A stretch of 62,373 nucleotides of DNA, filler included, from Anaerolineae bacterium (GTDB lineage Bacteria; Chloroflexota; Anaerolineae; Epilineales; Epilineaceae), in NCBI GenBank assembly GCA_029262755.1. It is 7 parts of 7 records of this genome, joined end to end, with 100 filler letters (N's around TTAATTAATTAA, not from the genome) between each part and the next. Parts side by side here need not be neighbours in the genome. Positions count along the whole stretch, not along the records: positions 20,842 to 35,866 come from JAJCYU010000246.1; positions 35,967 to 39,781 come from JAJCYU010000247.1; positions 39,882 to 42,498 come from JAJCYU010000248.1; 4 more parts are not named here. One strand, given 5' to 3'. Of the stretch, positions 31,059 through 42,377 are shown one piece after another. The first letter of the stretch is position 1; each line of letters begins with the position of its first letter. Below the pieces are notes generated by a model. The model was given only the letters and a program-made list of their open reading frames with translations. It searched no databases and had not been told where the DNA came from. The translations under genes were made by a program, and so were the position numbers.

Positions 31059-33830
31059 ATGGATCCGAAGTCGTCCTATCCCATTCGCGTTCCGCTAGGC
31101 GGACGCGCCGTCGTGTCGTTGGCCCTGTTGGCCTGCGGCGCGCTTGTGCTTGGTATCGTTCGTGCGCGCATGCCCGTTTCCGCGCAGAATCCTACGGCAA
31201 CGGCCCTGCCCACCGTAGCGCTGAGCGCGACGGTACCGCCGATTCCACCCGGTAGCGTGACGCCACAGCCCACGAACACACCCAAGCTGTTCACCGACAC
31301 GCCCACGCCCGCGCCCATACCGGCCACGGTCACGCCTGACGCGACCGAGACGCCCGGTGGCACGCCGGCGACGGCGACAACCGAGCCGGATACGCCGGAT
31401 CCCCCAACCCCCGGCCCCTCGCCGACAGGCCCGACCCCGACGGCCAGCGAGACGAAGCAGCCCAAGACCGACACACCGGGTCCACCGGCCTCCGAAACCC
31501 CGCCACCGGCCACGATCGCCGCGAGCCCAACGCCGGCCGTCACGGCTGCGCCGACGCTCTGCCCCGACAACTGGCGTGTCGCAATCTGGGCGTTCAACGA
31601 CACGGTCGGCAAGGGGCCCTACGATTGTCCCGGCTGCGACACCTTCTTCCGGGATCACGACCGCTACCAGGCGAGCTTCTGCCCGCTGGCGCCGCTGCGG
31701 ATCATCATCACCCCGCTCAACGAACCGAATCGCGCGCTCATCGATCGCTTCATCGAGCGGACGGATCCCAGTCGCGGTCGGAATGTCTCGGGCCAGGACA
31801 TCCGCGTGGTGGTCTCCCTGTGCGAGCCGCCGCCCTACGCCCTTCGGATGTTCACCGAGAACCCGCCCTGCTACACGCTGTGCCCGAACTCGCCGCCCAC
31901 ACGCGTGATCACGCAGCGCGATTTCGATCTGGCCAGCGGCAGAGGGCGACGCGGCGCCGGCCGGTACCTGCAAGAAAACTTCGCGTACTGGCGTTGCAAC
32001 ACGATCGACGAGCCGCCGGACGAGGACGAGGTGGACTGCGCGATCCACCCGGAGAACAATCCGCGGACCTACCCGGGCGGCACAACGTCCAGCGGTCGAA
32101 ACGGCGGATTTGAGGTACCGGGGCCCGCAGCGGGCAGCGCGATGTCATGGTTCGATCGCACGAATGCGGTGCGCGTGCCGGCGAACCTGCCTCTTGGCTA
32201 CCCCTTCAACGGCACGACCGGCCAAATGCTGCTTGCGCCAAACGGTGTGCTCGGTGGGCGTGGCACTGCCACCGTCGCAAACCTGCTACGTCCCAGCAGC
32301 AACCCGCCTGTGAACGCGACGATGTCCGTGGACGTCCATTGGCGGGTCATGCGAGGCAATGCCGCCACGGCGGACTTCACGTTGACGGCTTCGTTCGACG
32401 GTTGGAGCCAGGTCATCGCGACCTCCGGGCCCGGCGCCAACCACCTCGATGCCGATACGTGGCGGACCTTCAGCGCGCTCGTGACACCGGCCAGCCTGCG
32501 CGGCGTCAAGACGCTGCGCTTCGACGTGGAGGGCACGGTTGGGCTAGAGGTCTTCCTTGACAACGTCGACCTGGACTTCTGCTTCGGACAGCTGCCGACA
32601 GCTACGCCGACGCCCATCCCACCGTCTCCGACGCCGACGGCCACCAACACACCGGTACCGCCCTCGGCAACCCCGACGCCGACCCCGCGCCCGAGCGCAA
32701 CGCCGACCCCGAGCGCCACGCCACGGGCCAGCGCGACCCCGACCAATACGCCACGGCCGAGTGCAACCCCAACCCCGACCAACACGCCTGTGCCGACGGC
32801 CACCCCGCGACCATCGCCGACGCCGACGTTCACGCCGGGGCCGTCGCCGACGCCGACCCCGACCAACACGCCCGTGCCCCCCACGCTGACGCCGCGGCCC
32901 TCCGCGACACCGACCAACACGCCCGTGCTGATCACCGCAACACCGCGGCCGAGCGCCACGCCGACGAATACACCGGTACCGCCGACGGCCACACCGCGGC
33001 CGAGCAATACGCCGACGAACACGCCGGTACCACCGACGGCCACGCCGCGGCCGAGCGCCACGCCGACGAATACGCCGGTTCCACCGACGGCCACGCCGCG
33101 GCCGAGCGCCACGCCGACGAATACGCCGGTTCCGCCAACGGCAACGCCGCGGCCGAGCGCCACGCCGACGAATACACCCGTGCCGCCGACGGCCACGCCG
33201 ACCAACACGCCGGTACCGCCGACGGTCACGCCCGGGCCAAGCGAAACTCCGACCAACACGCCACGGCCGTCCGCAACGCCAACGAACACGCCGGTGCCGC
33301 CCACCGCCACGAGGCGGCCGTCGAGCACGCCGCGCCCACCGACCGCGACACCGCGGCCGACCCGCACGCCCGGCCCGACGCGCACGCCCGGTCCGCCGCG
33401 CACTTCCGAGCCGCCGACCTCCGTGCCGGGCTGCGCCGCGTGTCTCCAGGTGCGCAAATTCCACGACCTGGACGGCGACGGACAATGGGATCCGGGCGAA
33501 GAAGCGCTGCCCGGCATGCCGTTCCAGATCGTCGAACAGGGCGACGCCCTGCGCTACCACCGACGTGAGAGTGACGAGACCGGCTATTGGGAGATCTGCT
33601 TCACGCAGGACACCCTCGTCGCGGTCGACGAACTGCTGCGCGAGATTGGTGGGCGCTTCCAGACCACGGGCGAGATGCCGGCGCTGATGCTCCTACGCTG
33701 CGGTCAGATCCGTACCTATGACGTCGGCAACGCCCCGTTCGACCTGCCGCGCACCGGCGCGGAATGGACCTACCGCGCCGCGGGCGGCGCCCGCACGGGC
33801 AAGCCCCTGGACCGGCTCTGGGCCCGCTAG
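31059..33830 (+). CDS. Large Pro/Thr-repeat surface protein with Cys-rich domain, SdrD-B-like C-terminal domain and LPRTG motif
   Basis: Signal peptide; two PT stalks; NGGFE CBM-like domain; [20 protein letters not shown] (SdrD B-like); LPRTG at 33744-33758. Confidence 0.8.
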   Translation: MDPKSSYPIRVPLGGRAVVSLALLACGALVLGIVRARMPVSAQNPTATALPTVALSATVPPIPPGSVTPQPTNTPKLFTDTPTPAPIPATVTPDATETPGGTPATATTEPDTPDPPTPGPSPTGPTPTASETKQPKTDTPGPPASETPPPATIAASPTPAVTAAPTLCPDNWRVAIWAFNDTVGKGPYDCPGCDTFFRDHDRYQASFCPLAPLRIIITPLNEPNRALIDRFIERTDPSRGRNVSGQDIRVVVSLCEPPPYALRMFTENPPCYTLCPNSPPTRVITQRDFDLASGRGRRGAGRYLQENFAYWRCNTIDEPPDEDEVDCAIHPENNPRTYPGGTTSSGRNGGFEVPGPAAGSAMSWFDRTNAVRVPANLPLGYPFNGTTGQMLLAPNGVLGGRGTATVANLLRPSSNPPVNATMSVDVHWRVMRGNAATADFTLTASFDGWSQVIATSGPGANHLDADTWRTFSALVTPASLRGVKTLRFDVEGTVGLEVFLDNVDLDFCFGQLPTATPTPIPPSPTPTATNTPVPPSATPTPTPRPSATPTPSATPRASATPTNTPRPSATPTPTNTPVPTATPRPSPTPTFTPGPSPTPTPTNTPVPPTLTPRPSATPTNTPVLITATPRPSATPTNTPVPPTATPRPSNTPTNTPVPPTATPRPSATPTNTPVPPTATPRPSATPTNTPVPPTATPRPSATPTNTPVPPTATPTNTPVPPTVTPGPSETPTNTPRPSATPTNTPVPPTATRRPSSTPRPPTATPRPTRTPGPTRTPGPPRTSEPPTSVPGCAACLQVRKFHDLDGDGQWDPGEEALPGMPFQIVEQGDALRYHRRESDETGYWEICFTQDTLVAVDELLREIGGRFQTTGEMPALMLLRCGQIRTYDVGNAPFDLPRTGAEWTYRAAGGARTGKPLDRLWAR
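32859..33197 (+). repeat. Intragenic 51-bp tandem repeat ([17 protein letters not shown])
   Basis: Units start at 32859, 32910, 32961, 33012, 33063, 33114, with a partial unit at 33165. Confidence 0.9.
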
Positions 33831-34014
33831 GGCACTAGGGCATTCGGGGCACCGTCCCCGTCTTCGCTCCCGAGTTGGGGTGGACGCGCGAGCGTGGACG
33901 GTTGATCTTCGGACCGATTGATCACCGTCCGGTCAGTGGCCGGTCGGCTACGTTCTGGTCACGAAGCGCAGGCTGGTCCGGTGCACTCGGGTCGATCGAC
34001 GTTCGGGCGCAATC

Positions 34015-35866
34015 TCAGCGTGCGCCGCCGCCGTCCGGACGATCGCCGTCACGATCGCTGTCCAGCTCCGCGCCTGCGGCTGGATCCTCGACCGGTTCGG
34101 GCAGCGTGCTCTCTTGCACCCTGCCGTCTTCCATGATGACGCGATAATCGAAGAGCGCGGGGTCAACGCGCACGTGGCTGATCAGGAACACCTGGTCGAA
34201 GCTCTCGGCGATCTCGCCTTCGGTGATGAGGCCGATCAGCGCGCGCGCCCTGGCTTCGTCGAAGGCGCTGAGGGGCTCGTCCAGGAACAAGAAGCCCGGC
34301 GCGACACCGCGCTCCTCCGGCAGCGTCGCCAGCGCGAAAGCGAGGCGCAGGGCCAACGAGAACTGGTCGCGCGTGCCGCCGCTGAAGAGGTTCTTGCGCA
34401 GCCAGTCGCCCGCCCGCTCGTCGAAGACCTCGATGCGGTAATCGTCGGCCAGCTGGGCGTCGAAGTAGCGCCCTTCGGTGAGTGTGGGCAGCAAACGGCG
34501 CATGTGCTCGATGGTACTGGGCATCACCTGCTTCACGACGCCGCGGCCGGCCGCGTCGAGCAGCACGCGCGCCTGCCGCCGGACCGCATGATCGCGGACC
34601 GTAGCGGCGAGGGCCAGCTCGCAGGCGCCCAGATCGAGCACCTCGCCCGGTAGCTCGAGGGCCCGCTCGAGCCGCGCCCGCTCGTGCCGCGCGACGTCGA
34701 GCTCGCGCAGCGCTCGCTCTTGGCGCTGGGCCAGATTGGCGGTCGGGACGTCGCTACCCAACGCTTCGATCACGGCGGTCGTCGCCTGATCCAGGTCCGG
34801 TACCGCGGGATCGTCCGCGAGCGAAAGCGCCGGCTCCAACGCCGCTACCTGCTCGCGCACCGTGCGCAGGACCTGCACCCACCGCTCTCCGGCCTGCGCT
34901 GCCCGCGCCGTGACCGCCGCCGCGCGCTGCCCCGCCTCGTCGTAGGCCGCGCGTGCCGCGTCGCCTCCGGCGTCCTGGAACGCTGCCTCGGCGGCTGCGC
35001 GAGCACGCGCGACGCCGTCGGCGGTGGGTAGGACAGTCGGTTGTGTCGAGGGATGGCCGACGGAGTCCGTGATGGGGGAAGGCGGGGAGCCGGTCGCATC
35101 GGTTGAGCCGGTCAGCGTCCGCTGAGAGCCGGGCGCATCTGTCGGCCCCGGCGCCCCGGTCGGTTCTGCCGACGGGAACGTCGAAGGCGCCATGACGGAA
35201 CTCTGCACGCCCCCGACCCGCACGTGTTCCGGACCCGCTTCACCTGATTCCGGCGTCCCCGGCGACTCGGGCGTCACGGGCGGCGCCCCGTGCTCGGCGA
35301 GTCGAGCAGGTACGCTCTGCCACGCGGCAACGGCCGCCGCGCGGTGTTGCGCGCCGAGTTGTGCCGCCTGTTGCCATCGTTGGCGCAGCGTCGGCGCTTC
35401 GGCGGCGCGTTGGCGGTGGGCCTGGAGCTCGGCGCGCAACGCGCCCAGCTCGGTGTCGAGCGCGTCCAGCGCGAGGGGAACGCCGGCGAGCTCGGCGGCC
35501 TGCTCCAGCCGCGGGCGACGGCGCGCGAGGAAGCGGTCGAGCCGTTCGGCGCGCGCGATCGCGGCATCGCGGGCGCTGCGGCTCTGCGTGGCTTCGCGAG
35601 GCCCGGCAGACGCGAGCAGCTCCGCCTCGCGCGGTATCAGCACCTGGATGGCGGCCGTGGCCTCCGCGCGTTCGCGGCCCGCGTCGTCGCGCGCCTGCTC
35701 GACGACGGCGCGATCCCGCCCGGCGATGCGGTCGTCGAGGGCGGTGATGCTCTCGCGCGCGCGCTCCATGCCGGCCGGGACGGCCGCGCGCAGACCGGCC
35801 AGACGCCGTTCGGCGCCCGTCGCGCGCTCCTGGAGCGCCGAACGACGCTCTTCCAGCACGCTGGCC
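34015..35866 (-). CDS. SbcC/Rad50-like SMC ATPase, C-terminal part (5' truncated by contig edge)
   Basis: Coiled coil, signature FSGGTRDQFSLALRLA, Walker B FLFLDEP, H-loop LISH. Confidence 0.85.
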
Positions 35867-36035
35867 NNNNNNNNNNNNNNNNNNNNNNNNNNNNNNNNNN
35901 NNNNNNNNNNTTAATTAATTAANNNNNNNNNNNNNNNNNNNNNNNNNNNNNNNNNNNNNNNNNNNNTGGCGCGTATGGGCTCGACATCCACGCCCCGGTT
36001 TCCCCATCCCGAACACACCCATCGAGGAACGACGC

Positions 36036-37103
36036 ATGAAGGGCTTGATCCTATCCGGCGGCAAGGGCACGCGCCTCTATCCGCTGACGTACACCCGCGC
36101 GAAGCAGCTGATCCCCGTGGCGAACAAACCGGTGCTCGTGCGCGTCATCGAAGCGATCCGGGACGCGGGCATTACCGAGATCGGGATCGTGACCGGCGAC
36201 ACGGAGCCCGAGATTCGGGACGCGATCGGCACGGGCAAGCGCTGGGGCGTCGAGATCACGTACATTCCGCAGGACGAGCCCCTCGGCCTCGCGCACGCGG
36301 TGAAGATCAGCCGCCCCTTCCTCGGCGACGATCGCTTCGTCATGTTCCTCGGCGATAACGTTATCGAGGGCGGTGTGGCCACGCTCATCCGTCAATTCGG
36401 TGAATCCGAATGGAATGCGCAGATCGTGCTCACGGAGGTCGACGAGCCGCAGCATTACGGCGTGGCAGAGCTCAATCCAGATCGCTCGATCAAGAAGCTC
36501 GTCGAGAAACCGCGCGAGCCGCAGTCCAACCTCGCCCTGGTCGGCATCTACATGTTCGACGCCAACGTGCACGATGCCTGCGAAGCGATCGAGCCGAGCT
36601 GGCGCAACGAGCTCGAGATCACGGATGCCATTCAGTGGCTCGTCGATCAAGGCAAGTCGGTGCACCCCTACGTGCATCGCGGCTGGTGGATCGACACGGG
36701 CAAGCCCACCGACATGCTCGATGCCAACGACCACGTGCTCGAAGAGATCGAGCACGCCGTCCACGGCTTCGTCGACCGCGACAGCCGCGTCGACAAGCGG
36801 GTTACGGTCGAGTCCGGCGCGGAGGTCATCAACAGCGTGGTACGCGGACCCGCGATCATCGGCGAGAACTCGCGGATCGTGAACAGCTACATCGGCCCCT
36901 TCACCTCGATCTATCACGATGTCGTGGTCGAGGACAGCGAAATCGAGCACTCGATCGTTTTGGAGAATTCGTCCATCCGTGGGATCGCCGGGCGAATTGC
37001 GGACAGCTTGATCGGCCGCAACGCCATCGTGCGCCGATCGCCCATCAAGCCGGTTGCGCACAAGATCACGCTCGGAGATCACAGCGATATCGGGCTCTTG
37101 TAA
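36036..37103 (+). CDS. rfbA: Glucose-1-phosphate thymidylyltransferase (long form)
   Basis: GLILSGGKGTRLYPLT..AKQLIPVANKP, PLGLAHAV, LGDN, VEKP, ELEITDAI, WIDTG. Confidence 0.95.
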   Translation: MKGLILSGGKGTRLYPLTYTRAKQLIPVANKPVLVRVIEAIRDAGITEIGIVTGDTEPEIRDAIGTGKRWGVEITYIPQDEPLGLAHAVKISRPFLGDDRFVMFLGDNVIEGGVATLIRQFGESEWNAQIVLTEVDEPQHYGVAELNPDRSIKKLVEKPREPQSNLALVGIYMFDANVHDACEAIEPSWRNELEITDAIQWLVDQGKSVHPYVHRGWWIDTGKPTDMLDANDHVLEEIEHAVHGFVDRDSRVDKRVTVESGAEVINSVVRGPAIIGENSRIVNSYIGPFTSIYHDVVVEDSEIEHSIVLENSSIRGIAGRIADSLIGRNAIVRRSPIKPVAHKITLGDHSDIGLL

Positions 37104-37145
37104 GGGGCCTCGCCCCGCGCCGTGCGCTATGGACACCTCCCTGGG

Positions 37146-37173
37146 TTGACGCGCCGGCCGTTCTGGCTTTAAT
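37146..37173 (+). promoter_or_regulatory. Possible sigma70-type promoter for rmlB
   Basis: TTGACG-16 nt-TTTAAT in the rmlA-rmlB gap. Confidence 0.35.
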
Positions 37174-37269
37174 CACACGTCGCTCCAAACGCGGGTTGCT
37201 ACGACGCTGCTCGGACCCGTTTGGAACCCCTCCCGGCTACGCTGTTGCCAGAGGAATCGGATCAAACTC

Positions 37270-38301
37270 ATGCCACGTACCATGCTCGTCACAGGCGGCG
37301 CGGGCTTCATCGGCGCCAACTTCGTTCACCTCGTCCTGCGGACCTACCCGCAGGACCGTGTGGTCGTGTTCGATAAACTCACCTACGCGGGCAATCTTGA
37401 GAACCTGGCCGAGGTCGCGGACGATCCTCGCTACACCTTCGTCCACGCCGACATCTGTGATCGGGCGGCGGTGGAGCAGGCGGTGACGGAGCACGGCGTC
37501 GATACGATCGTCAACTTCGCGGCCGAGTCGCATGTCGATCGCTCGATCACCGAGCCGGACGCGTTCATCAAGACGGACGTCAACGGGACGCACACGCTGC
37601 TTGAGGTCGCGCGCGAGCACGGCCTGCGTTACCACCAAGTGTCCACCGACGAAGTCTACGGCCACGTGGCCGACGGCGCTTCGGCCGAGGGCGACCCCCT
37701 CGAGCCCCGCTCGCCCTATGCCGCCAGCAAGGCCGCGGGCGATCTGCTCGTCCACGCCTATCACGTGACCTACGGGATGCACACGACGATCACGCGCGGC
37801 ACGAACAACGTCGGGCCGTTCCAATATCCCGAGAAGGTCGTTCCGCTCTTCGCCACGAACGCGCTCGAAGGCGGCCGCCTGCCGGTATACGGCGACGGCT
37901 TGCAGGAGCGAGACTACCAATGGGTGGGCGACCACTGCGAGGCCATCGATCTCGTGATACGCGAGGGCGTTTCGGGCGAGGCTTACAACGTCGGCACCGG
38001 CACGTCGATCACGAACATGGCCATGGTCGAGGTACTGCTCGACACGCTCGACAAATCGCGCGACCTGATCCAACACGTCGAGGATCGCCCCGGCCACGAT
38101 CGCCGCTACTGCGTCGACGTGTCCAAGATCGAAAAGCTCGGCTGGACGTCACGCCACACACCGCGCGAGGCAATCGCCCGTACGGTGCAGTGGTACGTCG
38201 ACAACCCCGGCTGGTGGGAACCGATCAAGAGCGGGGCGTTCCGCGAGTACTACGAAAAGAACTACGGCAGCCGCGCGGTGCTCGAATCGCCAGGCGCCTG
38301 A
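37270..38301 (+). CDS. rfbB: dTDP-glucose 4,6-dehydratase
   Basis: VTGGAGFIG, DKLTYAGN, AAESHVDRSI, STDEVYG, YAASK, DRPGHDRRY. Confidence 0.96.
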   Translation: MPRTMLVTGGAGFIGANFVHLVLRTYPQDRVVVFDKLTYAGNLENLAEVADDPRYTFVHADICDRAAVEQAVTEHGVDTIVNFAAESHVDRSITEPDAFIKTDVNGTHTLLEVAREHGLRYHQVSTDEVYGHVADGASAEGDPLEPRSPYAASKAAGDLLVHAYHVTYGMHTTITRGTNNVGPFQYPEKVVPLFATNALEGGRLPVYGDGLQERDYQWVGDHCEAIDLVIREGVSGEAYNVGTGTSITNMAMVEVLLDTLDKSRDLIQHVEDRPGHDRRYCVDVSKIEKLGWTSRHTPREAIARTVQWYVDNPGWWEPIKSGAFREYYEKNYGSRAVLESPGA

Positions 38302-38326
38302 TGCCGAACCGCAGGGAGGAAGCAGG

Positions 38327-38899
38327 ATGACCGTCGATACCGGGTTGTTGGGCAACGAAGCTCAGACCGAAGCCCAGGCCGAGATGTCCCGGCGCGAGTT
38401 CCTCAATTACGCCTGGCTGGCGTCGTTGGGGGTGCTCACGGCCGAGACGGCGGTCGTGTTCTACCAATTCTCCATGCCGCGGCTCGGCCCGGGAGAGTTC
38501 GGCGGTCCGGTGGACATCGGGCTGTTCGACATCCTGCCCGGCATCGGCGCCGCCCCCGAACCGTTCAACAAGGCCAAGTTCTGGTGGGTTGTCGACGACG
38601 AAGGCGGCGCAATCGCCATCTTCAAGATCTGCACCCACCTGGGTTGCATCTATAGCTGGAAGCCGGATCAGGCGAAGTTCATCTGTCCCTGTCACGGCTC
38701 CCAGTTCGAGCGCGAAGGTAAATTCATTCAGGGCCCCGCGCCGCGTAGTCTCGACAGGATGATCATCCGCGCCTACGATCCGGGCGACGTGCTCGTGGCA
38801 GAGACCAACGAGGCCGGCGATCCGTTGCAGGTTCCGCCGGGCTCGCGTCTCGTCGTCGAGACAGGCCTGCGCGTCATCGGCGAGAAGAGAACAGACTAG
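38327..38899 (+). CDS. qcrA: Rieske 2Fe-2S subunit of a cytochrome bc complex
   Basis: Tat motif SRREFL plus TM helix; CTHLGC, CPCHGSQF, GPAPRSL. Confidence 0.92.
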   Translation: MTVDTGLLGNEAQTEAQAEMSRREFLNYAWLASLGVLTAETAVVFYQFSMPRLGPGEFGGPVDIGLFDILPGIGAAPEPFNKAKFWWVVDDEGGAIAIFKICTHLGCIYSWKPDQAKFICPCHGSQFEREGKFIQGPAPRSLDRMIIRAYDPGDVLVAETNEAGDPLQVPPGSRLVVETGLRVIGEKRTD

Positions 38900-38941
38900 A
38901 GCGCCGACCCCATCGGCTTCAGGCAACAGGAGCAGCAACGC

Positions 38942-39781
38942 ATGATCGGATCGCAGATACGCGACCTGCGCGCCACGGTTACCACGGAAATCGACAAGAT
39001 TCGCCGCTACGACTGGCGTGCGTGGTTTGCCATGGTGACGGACTACGTGGTGCGCGGCGTGATGGCCGGCCTCAGCGCAAGCGAACTACGCGCCATCTTG
39101 CGCGGCGATGCACCGACCGAGAAGCCGAACCCGCGCTACAAGGCGCAGGTGAAGAGCTTCATGCTCCACCTACGGCCCAAGTACTACCAACGCGGCAGCA
39201 CGTGGTTTACCCACACCTGGCGCCTGGGATGGTTCAGCACCTACTTCTTCATCATCGAAACGATCACGGGCATCATCTTGATGCTCTTCTACGCTCCCAC
39301 GCCGGAGCGCGCCTACGGCGACATGTTGGCGCTGCTATCCAACGTGCCCTTCGGCGAGTTGATGCGTGATCTACACCGTCTCGGCGCCGAGGGCATGGTC
39401 GCCACGGTGCTCTTGCACATGGTGCGGGTCTACTTCACCGGCAGCTACAAGGGCGAGCGCGCCTTCACCTGGTTTACCGGCGTGATCCTGTTGCTCGTCA
39501 CCCTGCTGCTCTCCTTCAGCGGCTACCTCCTGCCGTGGGATCAGCTGGCCTACTGGGCCGTAACCATCGGCACCTCGATGGCCGAAGCCGCACCGCTGGT
39601 CGGAACCGAGGTCAACCTGCTGCTACGCGGCGCGGTCGACATCTGGGCCGGCGGCCTCATGCGCTTCTACCTGCTCCACGTGCTGTTGATGCCGCTACTG
39701 GCCATCATCTTCATCAGCGTCCACTACTACAAGGTCGCGCGCGAGCACTCGATCTCCTTGCCGGCCGTCGTCGTCGAAGGC
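38942..39781 (+). CDS. qcrB: Cytochrome b (b6-like N-terminal domain), truncated by contig end
   Basis: [19 protein letters not shown]...[25 protein letters not shown]...VHY. Confidence 0.92.
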
Positions 39782-40053
39782 NNNNNNNNNNNNNNNNNNN
39801 NNNNNNNNNNNNNNNNNNNNNNNNNTTAATTAATTAANNNNNNNNNNNNNNNNNNNNNNNNNNNNNNNNNNNNNNNNNNNNGTGTCACAGACCGGGGTAC
39901 AAACCACAGGTGAGGTCGGCCCAACGGACCACACCTAGATCGGGTCAAAGGACCACAGCCGGGTCGGCCTAACGGACCACGCCTGAGGCTGCCGGCCGCG
40001 TCTCGACGCGGCATTCTCCAGGGAGCGACGAAGACTCCCCGGAGGAGGTGGCC

Positions 40054-41643
40054 GTGAGTGCCCCGAGGGTTGACATGCACAGATTGCAGGAGTTGGTGCG
40101 GCTGTACCGAGAAGATTGCGGCGTGCGGGAACGCGCCCGCCTTCTCAAGATGAGCACCCGGACCGAGAGGAAGTACCGCAGCGCGATCGCGAGCGCGGGC
40201 CTGCTGGAGGGCGCGGCGGAGGACTTGCCGAGTCTGGCTGACCTTCGAGCGGCAGTCGAGACGGCGTATCCGCCGCCGTCGGCGCGACAGGTCACCAGCA
40301 ACGCTGATCCCTGGATGGCGAAGATCCGCAAGGATGTGGCTGGAGGCGCGGGCCCCACTGCGATCTGGGACAAGCTCAAGCGTACCGAAGAGGGCTTCGA
40401 TTGCAGCCTCTCGTCGGTGAAGCGAGCGGTGCGGCGAATCCGCAAGGAAGCTGAAGACGTGGAAGCCACGGACGTTGCGATCCCGGTGGTGAGTGCGCCC
40501 GGCGAGATTGCCCAGGTCGACTTCGGCTATGCCGGCCGTTGGCTCGATCCGTCGAGCGGGACGTTGCGCCGAGCGTGGGTCTTCGTGATGGTTCTGGCCC
40601 ATTGCCGGCACATGTTCGCCAAGCTCGTCTTCGACCAGAAGTCCGAAACGTGGCTGAGGCTTCACCTGGATGCCTTCGCCTACTTCGGCGGAGTGCCGTT
40701 GGTCCTGGTGCCGGACAATCTGAAGTCTGCGGTAGTCAAGGCGGCCTTTGGCCTGTCCGGGCGCCAGAAACTCGCCCTGAATCGGAGCTACCGGGAGCTG
40801 GCTCGCTACTGCGGCTTCCGGATCGATCCGACGCCCCCGTACCGGCCGCAGACCAAGGGCAAGGTCGAGTCCGGCGTGAAGTACGTCAAGAACAACTTCC
40901 TCAAGACCACCGATGCCAGCGATCTGATCGAGGGCAACGCCGACCTTCTGCACTGGCTGGAGCACACAGCTGGCCAGCGGATACACGGAACGACGGGCCG
41001 GCGCCCGGCCGAGGCCTTCGTCCAGGACGAGCAGCACCTCCTGCAGGCACTGCCGCGCAAAGCGTACCGCATCGTGGTCTGGCACCGGTGTCAGGTGCAT
41101 CGCGATAGCCATGTGCTCTTCGATGGCCGGCTCTACTCAGTGCCATGGAAGCACCTGGGGCGCGCAGCCTGGGTTTGCGCAACGCCCGCCAGCGTGAAGG
41201 TCTTCATCGACGATGAGCGCGTGGCGACCCATCCCCGCCGCGGCGAGGGACGGCGAAGCACCCTCGACGCTCACCTACCGATCCACCGCCGCGATCTTCG
41301 CTTCCGCTCCATCACCTACTGGTATGAGCGCGCGGCCAAGATCGGCGCTGGAGTCGAGCTCTACGTTCGCACCGTCTACGATGCCGATCCCGTGCTCAGT
41401 CGGCTCCGCGAGGTGCAGGCCATCGTCCTCTTCTTGGAGACGGTTTCCCCAGAGCGTGCTCAAGCCGCGTGCGCACGGGCCCTGCACTTCGGCAACCTCC
41501 GAGTCACCGCGGTCGCCCGCATTCTCGAGCGGGAACTCGATCGCGTTCCCCTGCCCACCGAAGCTGCACCGCTCGGCGCGCTTGCTGCTCCCCGCTTTGC
41601 ACGCCCCGTTTCAGAACTCCTGCCACCTGGAGGCCAAGCATGA
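40054..41643 (+). CDS. istA: IS21 transposase IstA
   Basis: PGEIAQVDFG, FGGVP..LVPDNLKSAV, PQTKGKVESGVKYV, RIHGTTG, YSVP; GGAGGAGG RBS. Confidence 0.95.
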   Translation: MSAPRVDMHRLQELVRLYREDCGVRERARLLKMSTRTERKYRSAIASAGLLEGAAEDLPSLADLRAAVETAYPPPSARQVTSNADPWMAKIRKDVAGGAGPTAIWDKLKRTEEGFDCSLSSVKRAVRRIRKEAEDVEATDVAIPVVSAPGEIAQVDFGYAGRWLDPSSGTLRRAWVFVMVLAHCRHMFAKLVFDQKSETWLRLHLDAFAYFGGVPLVLVPDNLKSAVVKAAFGLSGRQKLALNRSYRELARYCGFRIDPTPPYRPQTKGKVESGVKYVKNNFLKTTDASDLIEGNADLLHWLEHTAGQRIHGTTGRRPAEAFVQDEQHLLQALPRKAYRIVVWHRCQVHRDSHVLFDGRLYSVPWKHLGRAAWVCATPASVKVFIDDERVATHPRRGEGRRSTLDAHLPIHRRDLRFRSITYWYERAAKIGAGVELYVRTVYDADPVLSRLREVQAIVLFLETVSPERAQAACARALHFGNLRVTAVARILERELDRVPLPTEAAPLGALAAPRFARPVSELLPPGGQA

Positions 41644-42377
41644 GTCCACTCGACGACCTCATCCCGATCCTCAAGAAGCTCCGTCTCTCCGGCGTCCTTC
41701 AGAGTCTCGACGTCCGCTTACGGCAGGCCAGCGAGGACGAACTCAGCCACATCGAGTTTCTGTACCGTCTCCTCACCGACGAAGTGGAACGACGCGAAGC
41801 CAAGCAACTTCACCTCCGCCTCAGCCGCGCGGCGTTCGAAAGCCGCAAGTCTCTCGAGGACTTCGACTTCGCCTTCAATCCCTCACTGCCAAAGTCCAGG
41901 ATCCTCGACTTGGCGACCTGCCGCTTCCTCGAAACGCACACCAACGTCTTGCTCGTGGGACCGGCCGGAGTCGGCAAATCTCACCTCGCTCAGGCTCTTG
42001 GCCAGCGCGCCTGCCAGACCGGGCACAAGACCCTCTACACCACTGCCCACCACATGTTCAGCCAACTGCGCGCTGCGCGCGCCGACGGCACCTACGACCG
42101 ACAGCTTGCCCGCTTCGTCTCTCCGCGCCTGCTCATTCTCGACGATCTCGGACTTCGCCCTCTCGAGCATGACGAGCCCATGGACCTCTACGAGGTCATC
42201 CGCCAGCGCTACGAGCGCAGCTCCACCATCCTCACCAGCAACCGCGACGTCCAGGAATGGTATCCGCTCTTCGGCGACGCCCTGTTGGCTTCCGCGGCCA
42301 TGGACCGCCTCCTTCACCACAGTCATGTCCTCGTCCTGGAAGGCGACTCCTTCCGAACCACCAAACGCGCGGCCTGA
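41640..42377 (+). CDS. istB: IS21 helper ATPase IstB
   Basis: ATGA overlap with istA; GPAGVGKSHLA, LLILDDLG, RYERSSTILTSN, DRLLHH, GDSFR. Confidence 0.96.
   Translation: MSPLDDLIPILKKLRLSGVLQSLDVRLRQASEDELSHIEFLYRLLTDEVERREAKQLHLRLSRAAFESRKSLEDFDFAFNPSLPKSRILDLATCRFLETHTNVLLVGPAGVGKSHLAQALGQRACQTGHKTLYTTAHHMFSQLRAARADGTYDRQLARFVSPRLLILDDLGLRPLEHDEPMDLYEVIRQRYERSSTILTSNRDVQEWYPLFGDALLASAAMDRLLHHSHVLVLEGDSFRTTKRAA

Noticed and set aside
32594..33425. Regularly spaced repeats resembling a CRISPR array
   Set aside because: In-frame coding tandem repeats with no unique spacers and no cas genes
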